A stretch of DNA of 64,000 bases, from sequence record OQ992561.1; one strand, 5' to 3'. The translations under genes and the position numbers were made by a program. Each line of letters opens with the position of its first letter. Positions within the stretch are counted from its first letter, which is position 1. The notes under the pieces were generated by a model, which was not told the DNA's origin, searched no databases, and was given only the letters and a program-made list of their open reading frames with translations. Below, piece after piece: positions 28,566 through 38,823 of the stretch.

Positions 28566-28979
28566 ATGACTAGTCAACTTATCGTAGTTGATTTACAAAA
28601 CCCTAGAAATAAACATATATACAGTGAATTAACTCATGAACATCCTAGAACAATAACATCACATCTAGTTGAAGAATTAGATGATTTTGATGTTCATCAA
28701 TATTCATACCAAGCGGAGTATAAATCTGGGATTGATCTTAGATTAATATTCTTTTGGGATGGACCATACACTGAACCAAGAGAAGAAGGTTACGAACCAA
28801 CTGATCTAGAGAAAAGGTGTGTGAAGTTGTGTAGGCAATATGAGGCTACGATTAACGGGCAATTATCTGTAGTTGATCACTCTCGGTTCCGGACGGTGTG
28901 TACCTTCAGATCAGATAATAGTTTACCAACAACTTTAGACTGGATTCATAAAGAACCCCCATCTAAAGAGGTTGTGTAA
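28566..28979 (+). CDS. hypothetical protein
   Basis: ATG 28566 right after the upstream stop; in frame with ORF-track 28455. Confidence 0.7.
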   Translation: MTSQLIVVDLQNPRNKHIYSELTHEHPRTITSHLVEELDDFDVHQYSYQAEYKSGIDLRLIFFWDGPYTEPREEGYEPTDLEKRCVKLCRQYEATINGQLSVVDHSRFRTVCTFRSDNSLPTTLDWIHKEPPSKEVV

Positions 28980-29072
28980 AAAATAGTAAAAGAAATACAC
29001 TATTCTATGTAGTTCCTTTACGATTGCTCTTTTATCTTAGTTTCAGTTTTGCTGAAGAAGTACCAATGAGAT

Positions 29073-29095
29073 ACCCTCCCCTGATCGGGGAGGGT
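29073..29095 (+). terminator. hairpin terminator
   Basis: ACCCTCCCC-TGATC-GGGGAGGGT-TTTT. Confidence 0.75.
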
Positions 29096-29120
29096 TTTTG
29101 ACATCTAAGAGGAAAATATA

Positions 29121-29501
29121 ATGTGCAAACAACATCGTGTAGTATCTATGAAAGTTACATGCACGCAAGCTCGCTATCCGATCGGTCTGTGCGATCTCGG
29201 ATTTGATAATGCTGCTGATGCTCGGCAATATCTACTAGATGTCGTTGAGTACAATATGGATCGTCTCCACCCACAACATGCTAATACATTCCAGCTACAA
29301 AATCTACAAGACGGGTTCGTAGTATCCTACGATATCGAAAAAGATGGATCCGTTTATCTTCGGTTAACACTGGCGGTTGTAGCTTATCAATCAATCGATC
29401 TTGAGTTGGGGGTTACCGTTAAAGAAAATGAAGGGATCAGTGTTGTAATCAAAAATTGGATCAATGGTGATTATACTGCGGGGAACAAATACTTGCAGTA
29501 A
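29121..29501 (+). CDS. hypothetical protein
   Basis: GAGGA RBS. Confidence 0.75.
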   Translation: MCKQHRVVSMKVTCTQARYPIGLCDLGFDNAADARQYLLDVVEYNMDRLHPQHANTFQLQNLQDGFVVSYDIEKDGSVYLRLTLAVVAYQSIDLELGVTVKENEGISVVIKNWINGDYTAGNKYLQ

Positions 29502-29604
29502 TACCATATGTAAAGAATACCCAAATCGGGATCTCCCGGACTATCTCCCTTCAGCGTTCCCGTCCGCAAATGAAGGTGCCGCCGAGATCCCACCTATTGA
29601 TAAT

Positions 29605-29624
29605 GCCCTCCCTTCGGGGAGGGC
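29605..29624 (+). terminator. UUCG hairpin terminator (repeat family)
   Basis: GCCCTCCC-TTCG-GGGAGGGC-TTT. Confidence 0.8.
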
Positions 29625-29667
29625 TTTATTTCGCTTAAGCCTATTTATTTTATTATAAGGAGTGAAA

Positions 29668-30399
29668 ATGACATATATCGTAAATGATGGTAAAGTCATG
29701 ATTGCAGACTGCCTATTAATTGAGCGGAATAATGCAACTGATAGCATTGGGCGACTTCCAGTATTAGATAACGGTTATATTGATCTAACTGCTAAAGCTG
29801 AAGGTGTAGATGTATATTACAATGATTGCCACAAGATAATTTTTCATCCGACAGTTACTTGGCAAGGTAAACGTGTTAAAACTATGGCTTTTGCTGGAAC
29901 TATAGATAATGTTTATGATCTATTGAATGCCCTTACCGCAGGTGTTGATTTAGCTGATTGGTTTAAAGTTGAAGTAAATATCTTGCCAGTCATAGAACGC
30001 AGGTTGTTTAATGGTAATACTTCTATGATGTTCACTATGGAGAATGGTGACATATATACAGTTATTCTTAAAGACATGGGTATCAACATCACCAAGAAAG
30101 ATTGGGCTCATTTGGGTAGTGGTGTAGATGCAGTTAATAGTGTACTTGAGTTTATCCCTAATTGTAATGATAATGGATCAACCAAACTAACTGCACTTGA
30201 AGCATTTGCTATTGCATGTGCACATACTACTACTGTAAGTCGTAAATTTGATTATTACATCCATGCTACAGGTGAGTACAAGCAAAATCAAGAACTATCA
30301 ACTAAACAACTAAAATGGATACTAGCGCGCATTCAAAAGCGGATGGATCTTACCCGCATTTTCAATGACCGCGAATATGCCAATAACATATGGGGTTGA
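29668..30399 (+). CDS. Ntn-hydrolase (proteasome-beta/HslV-like) protein
   Basis: AAGGAG RBS before ATG 29668 gives M-T-Y-I-V...MIAD; AFAG; HLGSG; ALEAFAIA. Confidence 0.55.
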   Translation: MTYIVNDGKVMIADCLLIERNNATDSIGRLPVLDNGYIDLTAKAEGVDVYYNDCHKIIFHPTVTWQGKRVKTMAFAGTIDNVYDLLNALTAGVDLADWFKVEVNILPVIERRLFNGNTSMMFTMENGDIYTVILKDMGINITKKDWAHLGSGVDAVNSVLEFIPNCNDNGSTKLTALEAFAIACAHTTTVSRKFDYYIHATGEYKQNQELSTKQLKWILARIQKRMDLTRIFNDREYANNIWG

Positions 30400-30920
30400 T
30401 TTGTATGAGTAATTCTAATATGGATATGCTATATTACACTAATGTAAATTGGGAGCAATATTTTCATCATGTGAAACAACGTGCAGATGATACTGTTAAA
30501 GTAATGTATAAACCTGAATATGAAGATCTTATTGATGAAGCATGTAGGCCATTAATTAAATGGTTTAATCAATTTACCAATGTTGCAACTATTTATTGCT
30601 GTTCAGGCCATGTTGATGAAGAAACTGGTGGTAGCCCTGGATACATTAGTCTTTTATTTAAAGATACCAATGCAGAGAATTCTGCAATGCGTTTATTGCG
30701 TGAAGCAATGTGTAAGGGGCGTGAGTGTAAGATCCCATTCGAAATTGAACTGGGGGCTTATTTCGGGCATCTACATGAGACCATTGATCAGAATCACTGG
30801 GTCGCCAATCTAGTCATCCGCACCAATAGCTACAAACGTAAAAATACGTATGATCGCTATTGGCATCGTCTTTACAATATCATAACAACATGTAATACTG
30901 AGGGTTTATACACCGTCTAA
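30390..30920 (+). CDS. TYW3-like N-terminal-fold phage protein
   Basis: IDEACRPLIKWFN...ATIYCCSGH...YISLLF pattern. Confidence 0.45.
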   Translation: MGLICMSNSNMDMLYYTNVNWEQYFHHVKQRADDTVKVMYKPEYEDLIDEACRPLIKWFNQFTNVATIYCCSGHVDEETGGSPGYISLLFKDTNAENSAMRLLREAMCKGRECKIPFEIELGAYFGHLHETIDQNHWVANLVIRTNSYKRKNTYDRYWHRLYNIITTCNTEGLYTV

Positions 30921-30938
30921 AAAATCTGAGATAATTTA

Positions 30939-31088
30939 ATGAATGATATTAAAAATACATTATTAGTTAGATTAAAGAGGAAACAAAAAGCTAAGCGTAT
31001 AGATAAATTACAAAGACTAGGTTTATGGTTTATTCTATTGCTATGTGTATCTAATCTATTTGTCCAATTAATAAAAGGTATATTCTAA
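30939..31088 (+). CDS. 49-aa basic membrane peptide, not in ORF track
   Basis: MNDIKNTLLVRLKRKQKAKRIDKLQRLGLWFILLLCVSNLFVQLIKGIF*. Confidence 0.45.
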   Translation: MNDIKNTLLVRLKRKQKAKRIDKLQRLGLWFILLLCVSNLFVQLIKGIF

Positions 31089-31769
31089 ATGGCAGAAAAG
31101 CTCAGTTTTGCTGATATATTTAAGATGGCTAAAGAGGAAAATGTTAAGCTTGAATTGCATTGTCTAATTGGTACTCGACCAGTTAGGGGTCTTATTAAAA
31201 GTTTAAACTTTAATTCAATCAGACCTGATATATGTGAATCTGTTAATTTATATGTAAATGTATTTTCTAAAGTAGTAGAGGCTAGAGTAGATCTATCGAG
31301 CACTACTGCTGATTATGGTTGCTGGAGGATGACTCCAGAAACCAAGAAATATGTAGATAGTAAACATAACTTACCAGAAAAACTAGATATCACTAATCCA
31401 GATATCGTTAGAAGTAATATTAATTATTATCTCAGTTTACCTACTAAGGAACGCACTGAGTTATTTAATAAAATAAATAATCCCAATGTCATTAATGCAA
31501 TAAACAAAGAATGGTCTAAAATGGTTGTAGAGTATTATCAATCTGAGATCGATTCGTTTATTGAATTAATTGATTTCGATCATGTCCTTATCAATAAGTT
31601 CATGGCATTTAACTGGATGGATGATCTGTTTGAATATGCTTTAAATATCCCATTAAAACAAACCAATACAGTAAATGAAGGTACCTGTTGCTTACTGGTT
31701 CACAAAGATAAAAAGGCAACATATACTCATTTTACTGATATTAAAAATCTTATCAAAGTAAGTGTATAA
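31089..31769 (+). CDS. hypothetical protein
   Basis: 226-aa ORF, AAGG RBS. Confidence 0.75.
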   Translation: MAEKLSFADIFKMAKEENVKLELHCLIGTRPVRGLIKSLNFNSIRPDICESVNLYVNVFSKVVEARVDLSSTTADYGCWRMTPETKKYVDSKHNLPEKLDITNPDIVRSNINYYLSLPTKERTELFNKINNPNVINAINKEWSKMVVEYYQSEIDSFIELIDFDHVLINKFMAFNWMDDLFEYALNIPLKQTNTVNEGTCCLLVHKDKKATYTHFTDIKNLIKVSV

Positions 31770-31781
31770 TTACGGCATAAA

Positions 31782-31803
31782 CCCCTCTCCATGTGGAGAG
31801 GGG
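31782..31803. terminator. bidirectional terminator between convergent blocks
   Basis: CCCCTCTCC-ATGT-GGAGAGGGG at the strand switch. Confidence 0.75.
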
Positions 31804-31830
31804 ATATGTCTTTATTTTTTTTATTTAAAC

Positions 31831-32220
31831 TTACTTAGAAAAATCTTCTACTGGAATATCATCCAGCCAATCATTAAGTAGTTTAAATTGATGAGGGTGT
31901 TGCATCTTAGTAACTTTACCATACTTAACACTAACTGCTTTACCAGTAGACACGGCAAGATCAACTAGTTTCTTTTCATATGCATTAAACTCATCATACC
32001 ACCGAGTATGAATAAGTTTTGCTAGGCGATCGTAAGCCGTCTTTCGATAATGATCTTCTTGTTCGCGACGTTGTTCGTCAAGTAGTTCTTTTTGACGTTG
32101 TTCTTGCTGACGCTTTTCTTCTTCCTTTTTCTCTTTCTCTAGTCGTTTCTTCTCAGCAAAATATGATAGAACCGGTAGTTTGAAAAGTAGGCTTAGAAGT
32201 AGTTGAAAGAATTGTTTCAT
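31831..32220 (-). CDS. coiled-coil protein with hydrophobic N-terminus
   Basis: GAGGA RBS before ATG 32220; E/K/Q/R-rich coil. Confidence 0.7.
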   Translation of the reverse strand: MKQFFQLLLSLLFKLPVLSYFAEKKRLEKEKKEEEKRQQEQRQKELLDEQRREQEDHYRKTAYDRLAKLIHTRWYDEFNAYEKKLVDLAVSTGKAVSVKYGKVTKMQHPHQFKLLNDWLDDIPVEDFSK

Positions 32221-32300
32221 TAGTATTTCCTCAGTTTGATTAAATAGATAATTTACAAATGGCAATCCGCCTAGTTACATACTAGATAGCTGTAAGTATT

Positions 32301-32711
32301 TTAATCCGTTACAATGTCTGGATAACGTTCATCAATTAATGATTTTCTATATGCAAACTCACTCACCTCTACTTCTAACTTCTCTTTAGTTGCATATGTG
32401 GTGCCGATTACAATAATTGAATCATTATTAATTGATAACTCTACATCATTATCTTTTCCAAACACTAATTTAAAAACAGTATTTAATTCATCTAATTGAT
32501 TTTGAATGGACACTGCATCATCATGGATTGCCCTAGATGGTTCTTCTAATAAACCTTCTAGTATTTTATAAGACTTTATAAAAAGAGTATCATTAAAATC
32601 TTCTTTTAGCCATGCTAATTCAAGTGTATACAAATCAACTACTCTATTAAGATTTGAAGTAGTTATATCTGTTTTCCATTCATAACCTAGATAGTTAGTT
32701 TCATTACTCAT
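32301..32711 (-). CDS. hypothetical protein
   Basis: AAGGAG RBS. Confidence 0.75.
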   Translation of the reverse strand: MSNETNYLGYEWKTDITTSNLNRVVDLYTLELAWLKEDFNDTLFIKSYKILEGLLEEPSRAIHDDAVSIQNQLDELNTVFKLVFGKDNDVELSINNDSIIVIGTTYATKEKLEVEVSEFAYRKSLIDERYPDIVTD

Positions 32712-32753
32712 TATAAACTCCTTTGATTAATACATATTAAATAATCTGGAGTA

Positions 32754-32930
32754 TTATTTCTTTGTAATACGATAACCAACTGACCATAAATCTACACGGA
32801 CGAAACCTTTTCCATCATGTTGGCCGTATAAACATACACGCAACATTCTATTGTCTGGCTTCATATCAATTCGTGTTATCTCAAATTTATTAGTAATATA
32901 TTCTTGAATGATAAATAATAGATGACTCAT
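32754..32930 (-). CDS. 58-aa hypothetical protein, not in ORF track
   Basis: AGGA RBS; MSHLLFIIQEYITNKF...RITKK*. Confidence 0.55.
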   Translation of the reverse strand: MSHLLFIIQEYITNKFEITRIDMKPDNRMLRVCLYGQHDGKGFVRVDLWSVGYRITKK

Positions 32931-32961
32931 TTTATATTTTCCTGATTAATGACAAACATAA

Positions 32962-32981
32962 GCCCCTCCATATGGAGGGGC
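32962..32981. terminator. hairpin terminator downstream of tRNA-Thr
   Basis: GCCCCTCCA-TA-TGGAGGGGC. Confidence 0.65.
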
Positions 32982-33059
32982 AGTATGATTTACTGAGTCT
33001 TTCGCGTTCAATCCCATCCTAACTAATATATTTAAGAATAGTTTAAACCTCAGTAAATT

Positions 33060-33136
33060 TGGTGCCGCCACTCCGAATCGAACGGAGGACCTACGCATTA
33101 CAAGTGCGTTGCTCTACCTAGCTGAGCTATAGCGGC
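33060..33136 (-). tRNA. trnT: tRNA-Thr(TGT)
   Basis: Cloverleaf GCCGCTA..., anticodon loop CTTGTAA, TTCGA T-loop, encoded CCA. Confidence 0.95.
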
Positions 33137-33145
33137 GAAATCTTC

Positions 33146-33175
33146 TACATATAGTGTATATGGAAGTATTATTTT
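33146..33175 (-). promoter_or_regulatory. TAC-N14-TATGTA promoter for tRNA-Thr
   Basis: Minus strand AATAATAC-14 nt-TATGTAG. Confidence 0.6.
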
Positions 33176-33187
33176 ATTTATTTAATA

Positions 33188-33730
33188 TTAAATAAATAAC
33201 CAACGCTTATCATATTCAACTAAGTCATTGAATTCAATTTTCTCGAATCGCCATGACTGAACAGTAGTTCTGATTAGATTACCTGACTTATTAACAATAT
33301 AACCTTGCATAGTATCAAATAACTTGTCCGATTCACCGAGAATAAATATTAGATACACATCATCTGTATTTTTGGTATGCATTGATTTTAATTTATAAAT
33401 ACATGGCCTAAAGGAATCGTAATTTTTATAATATTCTTTGATTTCTAGAGCAGCATCAATCATCATCTTGGCGCTATTCTGAATGCCATTATTAAGTAGA
33501 TAATTATTAAGCTCTTTTAATGAATCATCTGTCAGTGATGCTTCGATATGTTCTTCACTTATAGGGTCGCTATAAACTAGTTTATTAATAGCTGAATTAA
33601 CAATATTTAGTTTATCAACATCATAAGCTACTAATGTTTGCTTGCCAACATTTATTTTTAATACTTTATTTGAATTATTAATAAAGTCGTCTAGATCTAG
33701 TGTATTAAAATGAAAAGCCATTTGAGTCAC
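33188..33730 (-). CDS. hypothetical protein
   Basis: 180-aa ORF. Confidence 0.7.
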   Translation of the reverse strand: MTQMAFHFNTLDLDDFINNSNKVLKINVGKQTLVAYDVDKLNIVNSAINKLVYSDPISEEHIEASLTDDSLKELNNYLLNNGIQNSAKMMIDAALEIKEYYKNYDSFRPCIYKLKSMHTKNTDDVYLIFILGESDKLFDTMQGYIVNKSGNLIRTTVQSWRFEKIEFNDLVEYDKRWLFI

Positions 33731-33841
33731 CTTTATGTTTTCCGTAGTGTTAAATTTTATTAACGCCCGGTTTCTAGTTGAGTTATATGTAGGGTTAACC
33801 TACAAATAATAATGACTTTATGTATATTTTTACTTATAAAT

Positions 33842-33865
33842 AGACCCCTCTATATAGAGGGGTCT
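33842..33865 (-). terminator. terminator of FN3/virion cassette
   Basis: AGACCCCTCTA-TA-TAGAGGGGTCT. Confidence 0.7.
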
Positions 33866-33879
33866 TATGCCGTATAAAG

Positions 33880-34740
33880 TTATTTTAGTATAGGTCTAAA
33901 TACAAAAATCACATCAACTTCATTAGCTATGTCAACATCATATTCAATACCATCGTTATCGATAGCAACTAACATGGTATTATTTCTTGGAGATGGTGTT
34001 GATGTGAGGAACTTTACATTATCTGGCAGTGATAAATTAGTTACCGGGGACTGGTCTGTTTGGATGCCTGTCTGAAAAGCTGTACCCATATAACGCTTGA
34101 ATTCGTTTAATGTTGGAACATATACCTCCCACTTAACGTCCTGCATATCTATTATACGTCCTTGTTGAGTTGGACCACCTATATGTTCTATCAATTCACT
34201 CGGCCATACATCGGACATATCTCCAGACCGTCCCATGTACCCCGCATGGTAAACAGCCACAGCGACAGCTTTCTCAATACTAGATGTATCATGAAAAGCT
34301 ACATACTCATTATCAATAAAATAAGGGGTTGGAGCCTCATCAAGATTCATTCCTGGGATGCTATATGGCGAAGAACCAATTGGTCTAAGGGTTGGTCTAT
34401 TTTCACCTTTGTATGACTTTGTCAACCTGGCATATTGTCCATCACCGGCTTCAAGCTTTGTATATCCCAATACACTTTGCCATTTACTACTTACACTAAG
34501 AGTACGCATTGGTCCTGTATAAGCTAATTGACCAAATATATCCTTATATTTTAAGTTCAACCAAACGCATGTATCTTCAGGGTATCTGGATGGCCAGAAT
34601 CCTGCTATTAAATCCCAATCATAGTAATAGTGGGGTGGTAGGTTATTGTAATCCCAAGGTATCGCATTGGTATACGACCAAAATGTAACGATCGGTGTAG
34701 AACCAGGCCAACCTCTAACATTTTTAAGAGTGATGTACAT
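33880..34740 (-). CDS. putative virion structural protein (paralog family)
   Basis: TAATG coupling gives start MYITLK; shares C-terminal F/WRPIL and GPG-type motifs with neighbours. Confidence 0.7.
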   Translation of the reverse strand: MYITLKNVRGWPGSTPIVTFWSYTNAIPWDYNNLPPHYYYDWDLIAGFWPSRYPEDTCVWLNLKYKDIFGQLAYTGPMRTLSVSSKWQSVLGYTKLEAGDGQYARLTKSYKGENRPTLRPIGSSPYSIPGMNLDEAPTPYFIDNEYVAFHDTSSIEKAVAVAVYHAGYMGRSGDMSDVWPSELIEHIGGPTQQGRIIDMQDVKWEVYVPTLNEFKRYMGTAFQTGIQTDQSPVTNLSLPDNVKFLTSTPSPRNNTMLVAIDNDGIEYDVDIANEVDVIFVFRPILK

Positions 34741-35594
34741 TAATTTACTCCTGATTCTTGGATAAAATTTAATATGGGTTTCCAATACCAACTAACATTA
34801 GCATCAATAGTTGGGTTAAAAGTGGTAATGGTTGATGACCCATACTTACTCAGATCCTTAAATGCTCTAGTTGAATTCGCACCTACTACAGTCATAATTA
34901 CCCTGACATCATCTGCATTTTTATTAACCTGATCACTAATTGACCGGATCATTGATTTTCTAGGGTAATCAGCTGGTAGTGTATATGGTCCAACAAACCG
35001 ACCATCCATAACTTGCATATAGAACGAAGTTGGCAATGATGGGACATAAAAAGAATATTTACAATTACCTTTAACTATAGTTCTATTATTATCTACATTA
35101 TTAATTAGCTCAGATAATTTGTCTATCGGTATCTCGATATAACCCATATATGGGAGAAAGTAAATATCTGATTTATGTTTAATTTTTGTCCATTGATCAG
35201 TCCAATTTATGGCATTTTCCGATTGCCCATTAAACATCATTAATAGATCTTGAAGACTAGGAAGCTCCGGACTAGTTACCCTATCTAACAATGCAGCTCC
35301 ATCTGCTTGCATCATAGGTTCTAAGAAACCACCTGGTCCATATTGCGAAACAGCTTTAAATGTAAATACTGGACTAATGGCTGTGTCGCCGCCTTCTCTT
35401 ACAGTCCTAATGCGATAATCGTAAACATTACCAATTACCACATCACGATCAATAATAGCTGTCGTGAATCCGTCTAGTTTCTGGATTGGTTGGTTTATAG
35501 GAGTATCCGGAATAGGTGTACCTGATAACTCGCGGTATACTTCAATACTTGTAATTGATCTAGAATTAGGATTCCTAATTTTAAAGGTAATCAT
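34740..35594 (-). CDS. virion protein with N-terminal FN3/Ig-like domain
   Basis: IEVYR...IIDRDV..G..YDYRIR...GPG. Confidence 0.7.
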   Translation of the reverse strand: MITFKIRNPNSRSITSIEVYRELSGTPIPDTPINQPIQKLDGFTTAIIDRDVVIGNVYDYRIRTVREGGDTAISPVFTFKAVSQYGPGGFLEPMMQADGAALLDRVTSPELPSLQDLLMMFNGQSENAINWTDQWTKIKHKSDIYFLPYMGYIEIPIDKLSELINNVDNNRTIVKGNCKYSFYVPSLPTSFYMQVMDGRFVGPYTLPADYPRKSMIRSISDQVNKNADDVRVIMTVVGANSTRAFKDLSKYGSSTITTFNPTIDANVSWYWKPILNFIQESGVN

Positions 35595-37537
35595 ATCGAA
35601 ACCTCAGCATAAGTTGTAAATATCCGACTTGTGCCAACTTGTACATCTGTGACTGGGATGATTGGTGCATCGATTGGATCGATTAATCGAATAACATAGA
35701 AACTTGATGTAAACGATTCATTAAGCCAAGGTTGATTATGCATAAGCACGAGCTTATCTTCGTAAAACGCTCCATTTAAAGATGCTCTACTGCTATTACT
35801 TAATCCTGGTATCGCTACGGTTATTTTCAACCAGCGGTTTTCATTAGGTACAAATTGATATAAGTATAACTCACCTTGTTTCTCATCAAGAGATGCCGAG
35901 CCATACATGAAGATAGTATCTCGCCAAATATGAATTTTACCACCTTTGGTGGTTGGTAATTCTGTACCTTGTTGAGTTATCTTGGTTCTATATGTATACG
36001 AGTCAGTGTCTTCAGGTATAGTTAATTTATATGTCGCATTTGTAAAACCATTAGTACTTCTTTCTGGAGCAACCCATAAGAAATAATCTTCATGTGGTGC
36101 TATTGGACCGCCGCCACCGTCGTAGAAATTAGACCGATTATAGACTGTAAATGTACCGTCAAATGTATCCAGATCAGCTGTTGCAAAATTATACTGTCCG
36201 GAAGGAATTACATTACCATACCCGCCAATATATAAAAGTCTTTGACGATCAGTGATTTTATCATAATACTTCGTAACACTAGCACCATAATAAAATTGTA
36301 AACTATTCGTTATAGTTGACCAAGAACCTTCTGGCGTACCATCATCCTCCCATACCTGAATGTCATTGTATAATTCAGCATACGTATATTCGCTACTGCC
36401 TATCTTTTTGGCGCCGCCCATACAGTAGATTTTATTCCCGTTAACCCAAGTACATGCGTTATATACCCCAACTGGCATATCCGCATGTACTTGCCTATCA
36501 GATCCATCCAAATTAATACTGATATGTTTAGTAGTGGCAGATGCATATGAATTAAAATGGCTATAAACACCACCAAAGAAATGGGCACGTCCGTTAATAA
36601 TTTCAGATTGACAGAACATCATGCGATCAGTTGGATCAGCAGGAATGATATTTACATCAGGGCTTGGCCATGCCATATCACCTCTATTCATTAACTCGAC
36701 CACCATATAAAGTGGTCCCTTAGTAGTCCACTCTGTGTCTGAAGACACTCCATCTAATCCAACTGTTCTGAATTTATTACCCTGTGATCCGATATCTACG
36801 ACTGGTGATTTATATGAATGCGTGTTACAATTACCTATAACTCGATCACATGTAAGACCCATAGGGGAATCTGGATATAACTTAACATATAGTTCAGCAT
36901 ACTCGCTTGTTGTCATCAGTCTGAACTTAAATGAATAATTGTTATACGTTACAGGTTTCCCTTGCTCAACTTTAGTTGTTAAAGAATCGTAAAATGTGCG
37001 GCTGAATACACCTAATCCGTCTCCGTATGATAGTAGAGCACCATCATTATAAAGATCTTCAGGACTACCATAGAAAACAGGTATATTAGAAATAAATAAC
37101 ACGTTCCCATGATAACTACACTTCTCGACCTCTATTGTTTCATGATCGATTCCTTCAAGTACAGTACATGATGGTACTAATTTTTTAGCTTCATCTATTG
37201 ACAATATGACGTTCAAAGGTAATGTACCATATCGGCCAATATAACTATCACCACGTAAGATTCTATCTGGGACATTCTTATCAATTTGTGGTCCAGTATA
37301 ATAACGTTTCATTGTTGTGTATAAAGGACCAACTACTTCATTGCCATTATGTACGACTGATATCCTGTAATAAACCATGGTGTTGAGTATAAGAGTCTCA
37401 TCGGTGTAGCTACTTGTATTACCAGGTAATTCAACTAACACGGGCGGCAAATCTTCTGCATCAAATGGGAAATAATGTCGATATATCTTTATAGTAGTGG
37501 ATGGATCTGAATTATAGTCAGTTAATTCAATTCTCAT
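35591..37537 (-). CDS. virion protein: FN3-like domain plus Kelch-repeat propeller
   Basis: IKIYR..SYTD..YYRI; C-terminal FFGG, CMGG, YIGG Kelch signatures. Confidence 0.75.
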   Translation of the reverse strand: MRIELTDYNSDPSTTIKIYRHYFPFDAEDLPPVLVELPGNTSSYTDETLILNTMVYYRISVVHNGNEVVGPLYTTMKRYYTGPQIDKNVPDRILRGDSYIGRYGTLPLNVILSIDEAKKLVPSCTVLEGIDHETIEVEKCSYHGNVLFISNIPVFYGSPEDLYNDGALLSYGDGLGVFSRTFYDSLTTKVEQGKPVTYNNYSFKFRLMTTSEYAELYVKLYPDSPMGLTCDRVIGNCNTHSYKSPVVDIGSQGNKFRTVGLDGVSSDTEWTTKGPLYMVVELMNRGDMAWPSPDVNIIPADPTDRMMFCQSEIINGRAHFFGGVYSHFNSYASATTKHISINLDGSDRQVHADMPVGVYNACTWVNGNKIYCMGGAKKIGSSEYTYAELYNDIQVWEDDGTPEGSWSTITNSLQFYYGASVTKYYDKITDRQRLLYIGGYGNVIPSGQYNFATADLDTFDGTFTVYNRSNFYDGGGGPIAPHEDYFLWVAPERSTNGFTNATYKLTIPEDTDSYTYRTKITQQGTELPTTKGGKIHIWRDTIFMYGSASLDEKQGELYLYQFVPNENRWLKITVAIPGLSNSSRASLNGAFYEDKLVLMHNQPWLNESFTSSFYVIRLIDPIDAPIIPVTDVQVGTSRIFTTYAEVSI

Positions 37538-37539
37538 GG

Positions 37540-38508
37540 CTACACCTCCTTCGGTTTAGTTAGACCTGTATAAACTAGAATTGGCCAAATAAGCATTTTA
37601 TTCCATACGTCATCTGTGGCTACATTAACTACTTCGGTATGTAGTTCTTTTGCTCTTAATGGATATACTGCATCTCTACTTGTCCAATTAATAGCTGTAC
37701 ATTCATTATCAGTCCAATCTGAACTAATTATATATTTTATTTCGGTATCTGGAAATCTGGCACTCAATGGGTCATAGAACATATTTAAACCACTGTTTAA
37801 TGTAAGTCTACCACCTGTTTTGTTACCTGTCTCAGCATCTTCAACACGAGCATACATCTCTGTAATAACTGCCATCATTGACCGCAGTTCACCTGGGAAA
37901 TGCCGCACATTATGGTTTGGATTATTATGATGTTCGGCTGAGGGTATTATTATTTTCCAATCATGTAAACCTATTGTTAATGGAATTGCACCACCATTAA
38001 TTAATGTTTGCATGATTTCACTATCTCTTGGTAGTTCCGACCCAATTGCCAATGGATATGGGAAGGTACCTCTAACAGTACCACCTATTGCGAATTTATG
38101 AAGTTCTGCTACTTCTAGATAGTTACCTGTAATTGGCCCTAAACTAAATGCTTCACGAACCATATTAAACGATGGTAATGACGGTAAGTCCATTGGGAAC
38201 TTTCCAAAATAACCAAAACGTTCATCTCCAAATTGGAAAATAGCTGGACCAGGTCCAGTGTATGGGATAGCTGTAAATGTGAACATATCCGATGCTTCAA
38301 ATTTTTGTGATCCATAGATCAATCTAAAGCGATAATAATATGTTTTTTTATGTTCCACGGTTGTATCTTGATAAGATGTTATCCCTGGTCCAACTGTAGC
38401 AATTAATTCAGCATCTTTAATATTATCGAATTCGTAATCGGCTCGATAAATTTCAGTGGAGTGATATTTTGTTTTATTAGGATCAAGCCATTTAAGTTCA
38501 ATTATCAT
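37540..38508 (-). CDS. virion protein with N-terminal FN3/Ig-like domain
   Basis: TEIYR..SYQD..YYYRF..GPGP..GDE..GYFG. Confidence 0.75.
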   Translation of the reverse strand: MIIELKWLDPNKTKYHSTEIYRADYEFDNIKDAELIATVGPGITSYQDTTVEHKKTYYYRFRLIYGSQKFEASDMFTFTAIPYTGPGPAIFQFGDERFGYFGKFPMDLPSLPSFNMVREAFSLGPITGNYLEVAELHKFAIGGTVRGTFPYPLAIGSELPRDSEIMQTLINGGAIPLTIGLHDWKIIIPSAEHHNNPNHNVRHFPGELRSMMAVITEMYARVEDAETGNKTGGRLTLNSGLNMFYDPLSARFPDTEIKYIISSDWTDNECTAINWTSRDAVYPLRAKELHTEVVNVATDDVWNKMLIWPILVYTGLTKPKEV

Positions 38509-38656
38509 CCGGTATAACCTCTGGTTCAGTCACGGTATTATCTAAATCGATAACCTGGAAACTTGCTGAAGGTGGTAAACTACCTTCGTATATGTCTATA
38601 GCATCCACAACAGGTTTTAAATTAACAAGTGGTGTAAATAATAACGCCTCAAACAT
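38498..38656 (-). CDS. 52-aa peptide MFEALLFTP..., not in ORF track
   Basis: GAGGT RBS; N-terminus resembles MFELLLSP of the 39639-40646 Kelch protein. Confidence 0.6.
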   Translation of the reverse strand: MFEALLFTPLVNLKPVVDAIDIYEGSLPPSASFQVIDLDNTVTEPEVIPDDN

Positions 38657-38780
38657 TTAAATACCTCTTCTAAAAATTACTATAATTTATAGTTAATGAC
38701 ATATGCAAAGCCATTAAAAATGACTTCGCATATGCGTACTATATTTTATTTAGACAACAATGTCATATCATAACAACATA

Positions 38781-38803
38781 AAGCCCTCCATGACGGAGGG
38801 CTT
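38781..38803. terminator. hairpin terminator
   Basis: AAGCCCTCC-ATGAC-GGAGGGCTT. Confidence 0.7.
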
Positions 38804-38823
38804 TTATTTTACCTATTTATATT

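Noticed and set aside
29464-29747. Two minus-strand ORFs across the terminator
   Set aside because: They run through the terminator hairpin, oppose the block polarity and have no RBS
29813-29820. TATATTAC cores inside ORFs (29813 +; 16600 and 32893 on minus)
   Set aside because: They lack the upstream TTTAAA context and are expected by chance in AT-rich DNA
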